A stretch of DNA of 64,000 nt, taken from Klebsormidium nitens (taxonomy: Eukaryota; Plantae; Klebsormidiophyceae). The notes under the pieces are model-generated. The model did not search any database. It saw nothing but the letters and a program-made list of their open reading frames with translations, and was not told the origin of the DNA. Below are positions 1-11,500 of this stretch, in pieces. The position numbers and the translations under genes are program-made. Position 1 is the stretch's first letter. Every line of letters starts with the position of its first letter. The stretch covers positions 234,990 through 298,989 of the forward strand of contig DF236953.1 of NCBI GenBank assembly GCA_000708835.1, given 5' to 3'.

Positions 1-1399
1 ACCTGAGCAGGTTTCGAGTTGACTCTAGATCGTGAAGGAACGGTGTACTGCATGCAGTTTCTGGAGGCATGCAATCGAAATTTTGCACTACAATACGGTT
101 ATGGCACTCGCGCTTCTCTTCACTGAGAAAACTCGCCATCCTCTTCTTATCCTTTGTTGTCTCTTGCCAAAAACCTTGTAACTTAGTCTGTATTGAGAAC
201 TCAGTGCCGCACGGGTCCTTGCATCGCTAGAGTGACGCCCACGGAATTCCCATAGTCAGCCATTGAATTCGACCTGCAAGGCTTCAAGCCTTCAGCTACT
301 ATTATGCAAATATGCTGGTTGATTGGTGTACGGTAGTGCCTACTTCTAGTTTGTTTGTCATGAACGCCGCTTGATTGCAGACAAACGACTTGCCATGTAT
401 CCTTGCACTGAACTAATTATGATAATCATGTATGCACACGCAAATATCTAGAGCCTCAACATAACTCATACTAGATTTGTTATCATCCAACAATCGTATT
501 TACACTAGCCAGCTCTGGCTAGCCGGCCCTACCCGGTCAGTATTCTTAAGTATACATGTCTAGCTCGCCACTGAGTGCGCCTCCTCTCAGTATTCCATGT
601 GCTCATGATTATTCCATGCATGATGCACATGGTGTAATGGCCGATTGCGGCTTCCACGCACTGCATCGTAATGATATAGCTATAGAACTTACATGCGTGC
701 AGCTTTCACGTTTGACGTATACTTGAGTTAAGCATCACAATTGAGTAGACCACACGTACATGAGAATCAGAAACTGCAAATCAAAGTTGATATAAACTGA
801 GCACATGCATGTGCAGATTGGGGCGATTGAGCTATCCTACATCTCACATGGGCATGCAGGTATTTGTGCCCACTTACAAAAATAAGCGGCTGCGGCCCTG
901 GATCGCTGCTTTAGCCTGTAGCTTCGCATCGAGTTGGCACGTACGCGCGTCCACGTATTCTACACGGTCCCATTCACATACCGAGGACGCAGATTGACCA
1001 GAGGCCGTAGTGCCGGATTATGTTGATAAGATCTTGACCAAAACGTACGCCGTTGGATGGACATACGTATTCAAGGTGCATAGAGCAACATTGTTAACAC
1101 GAGTTGAAGCTGCAGATACGACTAATCGAAGCGATGAGCTCCCTTCAGACATACGTTGCAAACGACAATCGAAAGTCTGCGTCCTGAACTACATCGGTCT
1201 AGTTCTTCTGAGAACCTGGTACCCACGCTTGGTCGTGCCCACTCTGTGATCGACGCTGATGTTACATTCTCTTCATGACCTACTTTACAGGAACTGACTT
1301 CCAACTCGATCTTGGACACATCTTGTTTTCACTGTTGACGACAGATGCGGTACTGTCAATTAGTAAGCAGGGCCTTTAGACCTCTAGGGGCAGTCGTAC

Positions 1400-1487
1400 C
1401 TGTTTCACTGTCTTTGGAGCACCTTCGACTCACTACATTCACTAAGGCTTTCAGCAGACCAGTTGCAGGTGACTCCAGGCATGTTCC
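1400..1487 (-). CDS. Probable downstream exon of the coiled-coil gene
   Basis: Bounded by ctgcag acceptor and gtacga donor on -. Continues the 644-aa ORF in phase 0 (SVCK|GTCLESPATGLLKALVNVVSRRCSKDSET). Later exons not resolved. Confidence 0.35.
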
Positions 1488-1853
1488 CTGCAGTGGCAAC
1501 ATCTGAGCGTCAAGCAAAACCCCTACTCCCAAGTCTTCGATTCATCTCGAGATTGTTTCACACAATCATCAGTCCCAGTGCTCTCGGTTCTGACCACGGC
1601 ACGCTGATTCAAAGGGAGCGAAGCTGTCTCTAGATCAAGCGATCGTCCGCACTCAAGATCGACCTTTCCATTAAACAATCTGGACAAGTGAAACAAGTGG
1701 CCTCTCTAAGGTCCCATGTATGGACGCAATTCTGCCTGCTCCTAAGCAGGCGCACCATTGAAGCCTACCGCTTTCGCTCGTTTATCTGTGATTGGCAATT
1801 CCCAGTACACACACTTTCACGTCCGATGTGCTCAGTCACGGGAACACACTTAC

Positions 1854-3770
1854 CTTGCAGACGGAGGCGATCTGCCAGGTGAATCCAGCACGTGTTGGGA
1901 ATACCTCGGTCGCAAATGCCACGTGGCTGTCAGAAGGAGCTCCGCAGCCCCCGCGCTCACACTCAAGCTGTGTCATACCACTCGCGTCATTACCAGCCGG
2001 CGCCAATCCGCCTTCTTCCTGTCCCTCCACACCCGCAAGAGTCAGTTCGCCGACTGTCGCTTCACCGGCGTCGGCTACACTCTCGGCATCGGAAGTCTCG
2101 ACCTGGCTGCTTCCAGTATCCTCTAAGTGCTCAGCATCGAGCGCCATAGTTTTTGCACTTGCGGCCTCAACATCGCCCCAAGAGGACTCCGGTGATGTCA
2201 CCACCTGAACCCCCACACATTCGCACCGCTCTCTTTCTCTGCCTCTCATTGCGTTCCCCGCCAGCTTTGCCCTCAGCTCCAAGATCTCTGCCTCCTTCTC
2301 CCCTAGGACCAATCGCCTCGCCTCTAGTTCTTCCTCAACCGCTTTTCTAATCTGGCTCTCTTCTTCTAGCGCCTTCCTCAGAGTTTTGTTCTTCGCCTGC
2401 GAATCCGCCAGCTGTCCCCGGAGCCTTTCTACACCAGCTTGCGCCCGTTCACACTCCTCTTCCCGCTCTTCCAGCTGGCGCGTCAGGTCCGCCACATGGG
2501 CCCCCACAGCCTCCAGATTTCCATCTTTTCTCTCAACGTCGCTCTCGAGCGTTTTCAGACGCGCCTCCGTTGCTTGCAAAATCTCCGCCTGGGCTTCCAG
2601 GGCTCGTTCGCACACCGCATTGCCTTCTTTCAGGACCAGTTCACACTGTGCTTTGCTCTCCTTGATTACGTCCTCTTTCTCTTGCAACTGCCGCTTTAGT
2701 TCCCCTGTCAGCTCCTCCGCACACCTCAGCGCTCGCGCGTTCTCGGCAAGCCCGGTCTGCAGGCGGGTTATCTTCTCGGTTAGCGCCCCAACCCGTCCGG
2801 CCGCCACTCTTTCAGCCACTTGCAACCGGGCTTCCAAGACTGCGCACCCCTCGGTCTTCTCTGTCACCTGTCCCTCCAAACATCCCACCAACTTTTCTAG
2901 CTCCTCACTTCTCCGCAAGGTCGATCCCTTTTCCTCTCGCAGACCCTCCAATTCTCTCCTCCCCCGTTCTAGTTCTTCCTGCATCTCCAGCAAGCACTTC
3001 CCGTACTCCCCCGCCCGCGCCTCCAGAGCCTCTCTTTGCACTTCCAGAGCCACCAGCCTCTCCTCCAGGCTCGCAATCAGCTCCTGAGAAAGATCCAGCA
3101 CTTCGTTCTTGGCCAAGATCTGCTCCTCGAGATTCCTCGCCAAAGCCCCCAGGTGCGCCGCCTCCTTGTCCCGCTCGGCAAGCGCCAGCTCAGCGCCCGA
3201 GCACACGTCCGCGAGCCGCTGAATCTCGCTGCTCTTGGAGGCCAGCTGTACCTCCAGGCTCTCAATCTGCCTCTCCCTCTCAGACGACAAGGAACTGCCC
3301 ACTGACCGCGGGGTGTCTCCGGCCCAGGGGGTGTCTCCGGCCTCTTCTGCAGTCAAGCGCCAGCTGGCAGCAGCTTGAGGGGAACCAGCGCAGCTCTCGA
3401 AGTCTGACCCATCGAACCCTGCACTGACATTATGGTCTAGCGGGCTTCTACTGAGAGGGCTTTCTCTGGTGATGGAAGGGACCTCCAGAGATGACTCCGC
3501 TGAAGCATGGCTGACCTCACTGGGGCTCTTTGCAACATTCTGCTGGCTTGACAGTTGCACTGGTTTCAATCTAGGGTGGACAAAGTCGCTCTCTCCAGTC
3601 TGCTTTCCAGTGCCTGCAACAGGCTTAGCTGAGTGACTGTTGCCGTTGGCTGCGCAGATGCGGCTCTCTGAGAAGCTGCCTCGCTGCTTGCTATACAGAG
3701 GCTGCTTCTCTCCAGGGACCACCTCAATGGCGGCTTTGAGGAACGCCATGCCCTCGTAGCTAAGGGCCAT
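1854..3770 (-). CDS. Large exon of an uncharacterised long coiled-coil protein
   Basis: 644-aa ORF with an extended E/L/A/R/K heptad-rich segment between Ser-rich and acidic disordered ends. GTAAGT donor at 1853. Acceptor at 3820 is followed by in-frame stops, so the upstream part is probably 5' UTR. Confidence 0.75.
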
Positions 3771-3883
3771 CTGCTGGCCTAACGCATCTGGGCGTGCTTT
3801 GGAGTTAGTTTACACCAACCTGCAAGGTTAAGATGCACAGATTGGGAGCAGAACCAACCAGACGGAAAGGATGAAGATAAGGG

Positions 3884-4030
3884 GCTAAGGGTTTGTGACC
3901 AGGAGCCAAGGTTTATTCAGGGGAAGCTGAGGGTTTATAGGCAGGAGCAAAGGGTTTATGAGACATGGAGCAAGGGTTTATGGTAGGGGGCTAAGGGTTT
4001 ATGCACCGGAGCTTGGGCTTTACAGACAGG
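3884..4030. repeat. About 21-nt degenerate minisatellite (GGAGCAAGGGTTTATG core, about 7 units) in an intron
   Basis: Repeated units seen directly, e.g. ggggctaagggtttgtg, gagccaaggtttatt, gagcaaagggtttatg, ggagcaagggtttatg, gggctaagggtttatg. Confidence 0.8.
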
Positions 4031-5533
4031 AGTTAAAAGACTTCCAAAACTGGACTCAGAATGCGAGTTGGAGGGTCGATGAACGAAAGGTGCGCGTCAG
4101 ATTTACCGAGGGGAGCCAACTGTAACAGTAACAAGGGTTGAGCCAGAGGAATACAGGGTCCGGGCAGGAACTTCTAGTCGTGACAGAAGCTACTAGGGTC
4201 GATCAATAAAAGCCAGGTCAGGAGCAGAACAGTATGCTGGGAGCCATGATCTGGATAGAGCTACGGGGGCTTACAATGCCTGATTAGTGCATCTACTCCA
4301 TTCGAACTGGTCAGAACCAGCTCAGGTTAGGGTGCCCTCAAAGTATTATGATAATGAGGACCGACTGACTGTAACCATGCTGCAAGAAGACTGAGCTAAG
4401 CCTGCACAGGCTGCAGTAGATCTGGCTAGATAGTGATCATAACCTCAAACCCAAACCAACCACTGCACCCATGAACAGGCGGCACAAACCGACAAATCAT
4501 TTCATTCAGGAGACAAGAGAGAAGTAAACCCCGACCGTCTGGTCTTGAGAGACAAGAGGTCTGCACATATGCATTGCAACCTCCATTTGTGAAGGCTCCC
4601 AAACAGAGGACAATGTGACCCAAAGCAACAGCGCCAAGCTGGTACCCACCTGCTTCGAGCATTGTGGATCCACAAGCAGACCCGACTCGGTAGCATGCAT
4701 CGCAGGCTATGCCTTCACGTTGTCTTCAAACCAAGGGCAATCAGAAAGCTGCTACCTACTAGGGTTGGTCTCCCTTGCTTCGATGTTCTTTTCTCCCTTG
4801 CTTGGATCCCAATCAACCCTCTGAAGAGAACGTTTTTCTGAATCTGAGCCACAAAATGCAATACAACGTTTCTTCTTCAACTGGTGAAGTTCAACCGCAA
4901 AGTTCCAGCTAGCTGGGCCACTCGTTGACAGCGAAGACCAACCCTGATTGGGGGAGGATTTTGGCTGGGCGTGCAAAAGGGCACATTGAAGGGTTGTGAA
5001 GGAACAGAGGGCCGCATCGGACGGTTTAAATCGCTCAACTTTGTGTCTCCGTTTGGACCCCCCTGAGGCTCGATCCTTGCTTCAATGGCTGCCAGCTGGC
5101 TTTTGAGGACGTTAGAAGCGGGTTAGATCAGGGTTTAGAGACTAACAGCACAACCTGATCGAGTTCTTGTCTCTCTTTCCTTTCTTCTGAATCTTGCAGG
5201 CTTGCGCGATCCCTTGCACCAGCTACATACCGGTACTAATAGTCTCATAACGAGCTCCTCCACGTGTTTCTCTTTCCTGGTTGACAAGAAAGATAGGTGC
5301 ATAGATTGTTGCTAAGTAGAAGGGGCAAGCTGCAGCGCTCGCGTTCTTTTGACCAGTCCCAATTGGCGAAAGCTGCTACTCACGTACAGAAGTCTTTCAG
5401 ACACAGAATTTCTGAAGTTACGAGCTCTAAGAAAAGTCCTATTTACAGCATAGATCTGGTCAATTGGTTCAGTGCTTTTGAAGAAGATTGAATAGAATCA
5501 AGATTTGAAAGTAGAAACAAAAAAAAAGCGACA

Positions 5534-8500
5534 ATGAGTGGTGCCACTGCTGAAGAGGAGGCTGCGGTCCTCGACCGCTTCCTAACCCGCTTGGCTTTGA
5601 CAGAGGAGGATAAGCTGGAAAAAGTCCTCAGCAAGCTGCTGCCGGTGGCCATAAAGAATCTGGCGTCACCCCATGAAACCACCAAGAAGAAGGTCAGCTG
5701 AATTGACCTCACTCCCAGCCAAATATGGTATACATGGTGAAAAATGGTGCTTGAAAACGGCGTTGTGACATGTTGTGGTGTTACTCCAGGGCTGCAGGTT
5801 GGCGACACTCCTGGTCTGGCATCAATTGAGCTTCCTAAATAAATCTTATCTTGCCTTCTTACCTTGCCTTCCCATGTTGTACTTGGTTTTCTAGGTTCCT
5901 AGATCTTCTTGTTCTATATTCTTCTTATAAGAATCAATTTTTGTATCCAAGCTTGATAAGTGGTGGTGGGCGCAGCAAGAGTCTGTTACTTCTCACACAA
6001 GGATGAGATAACCTTCTTTCTGCCAGAATCCGAGGTGCCCTGGTGCGACTGGCGTGACATACCCGATGGTCTGCTTGGATCGCTTTTGGGATCTTCGCTT
6101 TCTGAGTTGCTAAGTTTTTCTCCAGGTAGAGAAGTTGTTGAGTAATTTTAGCCGCTGATGTGGGCCTTTACAAACGCACTCCAATCAGCCTCTTTTGAGC
6201 CTACTGATGCAAAGCAGCACCAGCGATCTTCTAGGCAGTCGTCCTGTCGTTTGTTCCTTTGCAGCCAGTTGCATCCAAACAATGGTTGATCATTATGAGA
6301 CTCCCACACTCTCACGAAATTCTTCTGTACAGCCCCCGCTGATGAATGAATCTGCTGGCATCTGTTTGAGATACCGTGACTTTTCTGTCTCGTTCTGATT
6401 CTATTTTGCCCTTGTCTCCCTTCTTCTGGTTCTTTTTTCTTTGTGCTTCCAGCCTCTGAAAACGTCGACATTTTTTTTGTTTGTCTGAGTATCTTCTCTT
6501 GAGCCCACCAGCCAAAATGAGTGAGAAACGAAACCACAGCTAAGTTGGGATTTCTTCCCTCCTTGACTGGAATCTCCTGGTTGTTGTGTAATCAAACAAG
6601 CACGTCAAATACCAGGAGCTCAATCAGCTGCCTCTACGAGGCGTATTGCTTTCCTGGGTCCATCTATTTCTCTTTTTTCTCGGCCTTTGCTGGTGTCTCT
6701 TCTTCTCTTGTCACTCCTAGTCCTCACTCCCCTATCATCATCCCCTTTCCAGGTCCTTGAGATGTTGTCCCACATCAAAACTGCTTGCTCATTCTTCAAG
6801 CGCTTTCTCTCCATCGCCTTTTTCAGGTTCTAGAGATGCTGTCTCACATCAATAAGCGCGTGAAAGACCAGAAGCACATCAAGCTACCACTCCAAGACTT
6901 GCTCGCACTCTACCGCGACCCCGGGTCCGTCATGATGGTCCGCAATTTTGCCATCGTGTACATTGAGATGGCGTTCGAACGTTCTCCGCGGGACGAGCAG
7001 CTGGCGGTCGTGCCGGGAATCTTAGAGGGGATTGCGGACCGGCCGGGGCAGCATCAGGACATCTTCTTTAGAATGGTGGCAAAGGTGAGGTGGAAGAACG
7101 GGTTAAACCTCGGGGTTTGAGCTGTCCTGTTTGGAACCGTTCAGTGTCAAATTTTTGAGAGTGCACGAGAAATACAAATTAGGTGTCGTGGTTGAGGCAA
7201 GGAAATGTAAGATTTCGGGTCAGGTGCGATCTGGGGGCTGGGAAAAAGGCAAGTATGGGTAGTTTCAAACACGAAATCTAGGTTTGGTTGGTTACAATGA
7301 AGCCACTTTGAGTAACTTCAGGGCCTGCCCGTGAACACGTGTGTAAAGCTCACTCGTGAGACCTGGCAGAAAAGATAGTCATGCAATAAACGACCCGTTC
7401 CGCTCGACAAAACTGATGTCCATCCTCACAGCTTCTAGCTGGCAGTTCTTGAACCTTCCATTCTCTCCTCTACAGGGGATTGAGGAGTATGGCTCCAATC
7501 GGGGGATCATGGACGACAAGTTTGCCGAGAAGTACCCCTTCCGCAAGAACGACAGGGACCGGGCCCTGTTTCTGGAGTTTGCGCTGCAGCTGCTGCTGTT
7601 CCAGCCCCCCGGGAAGACTGAGGACGGCCAACCGACCGCCCCCCCCGGGCTCTCGTTGAAGCAGGCGGGGAGAGTCGCTGGGAAGGAGGCTCTGGCTGGG
7701 GAGACGCTGGGGGTGCTCAAGGTGGGCATCTGTAGAGTCTGGATACCGAAAGATTGTCAAACACTAAGAACAAGTGAGCGGATGTTATGAGTCTGATCTC
7801 GACGCGCCATATCCGGAGCGGTCAGCTGCTGGGTGTATGACCGAAGTGAACAGGTTGGACATTCCAAGTGAAGAGCAGAATGTGGATGGGCGACTTATAA
7901 GATGGCTTCTGCTTTGTCTCTCTTTGAAGCTGGGTCGCCAGGGTATCCTTTTCCTTCTAGGGCCACTCTGCTTGACGTGTACCTGTATCAACCTAGAAAC
8001 GAGGCTAGTCACAAATGAACCCCGTTCCCTGAAACCAGGAAAGTACGAATCTGGATCTCAGACTTGACAAGGAAGACCTGAGCAGCAGTTTTGGTAGCCA
8101 TGCAGCTGGCGTTTCCTCAATCAGACGCACTCGAATTCCCCCCGTCGGAGTATTGCCCGCACTCACCAGTCCCGTCCGTGGACAGCCTTTTTAACCTCGA
8201 GATTCAAAATCCTAATCACTCTGCTAAAAGTTGCCGGACTGACTGTAACCCAGTAAAGCTTCCGGGTTTGTGCAGCTGGCGATGCTCAACTTCCTGGGTG
8301 CGCTCGACCTTTCCCCTGCGGCGATCTACCCCCACCTGCTAGTTGCGTCTGTCGACAGCCACTCCAAAGTCTCCCGTCGCGGCGACGAGCTGGTCAAGAA
8401 GCGGGCCGCGGGCGCAGACCTGGAAGACGCAGCGCTGATGCGCAAGCTCTTCTCCATCTTCCAAGGTGCGACATTGGTTGTTTGGCAATCTAGGGTTCAG

Positions 8501-11500
8501 AAGGTTTGGGTTTTCGGGTTTTCGGGTTTTCGAGCGATGCCAGAGATCCTCGAATCTACTCCATCTTGCAAGGTGCGTCACTGGTTGGAACTCGATGCAC
8601 GGAGATCGTCACATTGAGGGTCTCAAGGTTTCAGTCAGGGGTTGTGCTAAACAGCCGATGCTTTTTCGGAGCACTTCGGAGCAGACCGTTCGCTTCACTT
8701 GCAATGACTTTCCCTTCCAATCTGTTAAAAGTGAGGACGAGATCAGAAAAGAGCTTGCAGCATCGTTGCTGACACCCCTACTGACCAGCTGTGACCTGCA
8801 CTTTTCCACTTTATACCTATGCCGTCAAGTACCATGCGATGATGTAGAGTCTCATATGTAAGTGATCGTTAGAGAGACTCCCTTTTGCCCAAACGCTGGT
8901 GTTTTCTTGCAGGCACGTCGGTACAGAACGTCCCCGCGGAGCTGCGCGTGGCCCCCGCTAGCCCGACGCTCAAGGCGCGGCTCATGCTGGTGTTCACGCG
9001 CTCCATAGCGGCTGCCAACTGCTTTCCCGCCACGCTGCAATGCGTCTTCGACTGCGTCTATGGTGAGGCCAGGCTTATCCGTTGCTGACGTCGCTTTACG
9101 GCCGTCAACGTCCTCTCACGTCGTCGGTTAGTCACGAACCAGTAAAGAGAATAAGAGTTGAGGATCCTACCGCCGGCCATCTTTGCGGACAGCATTCCCT
9201 GGTCAGATCGTCTCCGTTGGGGTGTCAATTTTGCAAGGAACATTTGGGAATGTTTCTCCGTAATGTTTCGCCCCAAAATGCACTGGCCCCCTAACTTACA
9301 AAAGTGTTCATCCCTCTTGCTTCTATTGCATTTTTCTGATCTGATGGATATGAGCCTGTTTGCCTCAGAATGAGCACACGACGATGCAGCTGAAGCAGGT
9401 TGGCTTAGATACCTGAAATGTGGAGCGATATGGATCCTTTGACAAGCGAGCAGAAGGACGGAGGAAAGGAAGATGGACCAACGGAGCAATCATATGAATG
9501 AGAAGAAGAATCAACCTACATAATTCTGTATTTTCAGGCGAGCACACAACGATGCGGCTGAAGCAGGCGGGCATGGAGTTCGCGGTGTGGATCTTCAAGC
9601 ACGCGTCGCCCGCGCAGCTGGCGCCCATGGCCCCCGTCATCCTGAAGGGGCTGACGAAGTTGCTCGCGGAGGGAGGGGCGGACCAGGGCGACGCGCAAGT
9701 CAAGCAGCTGCGCGCGTTCACCTACCAGGCGCTGGGGCAGCTCGCGCATAGGGAACCCAAGCTCTTCAGGTACGTACCGACCTAATGCTCGTTATCAAAA
9801 TTTTCTACCGGACAGATAGAGCCGTCAATCAATTGGGAGCCGACTTCGATTGAAGCAATTGAAGCAAAGGTACGAGACCAGTACAGGTCTTTGATTTATT
9901 TGCTGGAGTAAATCTGATGCTGGTCCGTAGGTGGTCAAAGTTGATCTTTCAGCAATCCAGAACTCTTTCATCCCAATGTCAGATTGTTGAGGCTTGTTCG
10001 AAGTGCGCCTCCGCTGTGCAGGGGTGACGTTACGGTGGCCGCGCAGTTCTTCCAGGCTCTCAAAGAGGAGGGTCCCACTGTGCGCCCCACCGTGCAGGAA
10101 GCCTTGAGCACGCTCGCGACTGCCTACCAGGTCAGCGCCATTGTGCATTTAGAATCAAGGGTTTATGTTCACCGGGCTTGATAGGGTTCAGGTGGCTCGT
10201 GGACGTCAATAATACGCGTTCTGGGCCGTATGGGTGCCTCGCTTCTAGTGTAGGATTTCCTGCTTCGAACAAGACGAGCGGCCGTTATTAAAATCCATCA
10301 GATTGTACCGATCTTGCATAACTCTCGCTACGAGGCTTGAGACCCGGGTACGAAGCGCTTCGTTTCTGTTTTGTACTTACATCGTTGAGCAACTCCCGTC
10401 GTTGTATCTGTGAGGCTCCGTCCCACTTTTGTGTTACTGCCACAAATCTGCTGCGGTAAATCCCAAATCCTCCTTTTGCCTGCATTTCAAATCACAAAAT
10501 CCACAAGCGGTGTCAGCGTACCGTCGGAAAGTACAACCTGGTTCCACCTCAGACCGACACGGGACCCACATCACGAAGTCTCAAACCTCACTACCCACCT
10601 TCTACATTCTTACTCAAGCACCCGACATCTTGACTGAATCCACAAATCCTCCGACTTTATCCTTTTCCAGGGGTGCGCTCCCGCCGTTGCAGAGCAGATT
10701 GAGTCGCTACTGCTGGAGAACGTGGAGGCAGCGGACGACGGGGCGCGATTTTGCGCGGTGCAATGGGCCACCAAACTGTTCCCATTCGGCCACGCGTCCA
10801 GCCGCTATGTGTGCATGCTGGGAGCGGGAGATCACAAGCTGGAGGTCAGGTAAGGGGATGAACCAGTCCAACGATGCAGTGACATCGATAACGAGAGAAT
10901 GTGGAAGGAACGCTTTTTTCCCTCAGTGTTCCTTACAGTGCCGGTTTCAGAGGAAGTTAACTTTTCGGAGCACCGGGGGAGCCCATGTGGGTGCTTCGAA
11001 CGAGAGCGTCCGAGACGTGGAATATTGAATCTTGATTGTGTGTGGGGGCCCTCGTTGTCTTCTATCTGGTCTGTCCATTGGTGCTGAGGACGATGATACC
11101 CCCCCTAGATCAGTTGGGGGTTTGATCGTTCCTCCTGGGCACAAATGGTTGGGCATGTCAGTTCCGTAGTCTTGGTTTTCGATTGCCATCCAGGTATTGA
11201 ATCGTGATGTAGCTCACCGGATTGTGTTTCTGGCGATCTACACGTTTGCCGTGGCTGCTTGCCAGTTCCTTTGCCGACATTTCTAACTCGATTTTCTTCC
11301 AATCTGCAGGGAGGTAGCCGAGAGCGGGTTGAAGCCCCCGAAGGGAGACGACAGTCTGCTGGAGTATCCCCCCCTTGCCAGCATCATGGCCTTGATTGCT
11401 AAGCGACGGCCGCGCCTCGTTCAACCGGTTTTAGAGGGGGAGAAAACGCTGTTACTAGAACCTAAGGCCTACATAGCCGCACTCAAGTAAGCTCGGGTTT

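Noticed and set aside
2386-3087. 233-aa + strand ORF and similar long antisense ORFs over GC-rich exons (e.g. 12189-12827, 18696-19388)
   Set aside because: Shadow ORFs of real coding exons; Ser/Arg-rich and without motifs.
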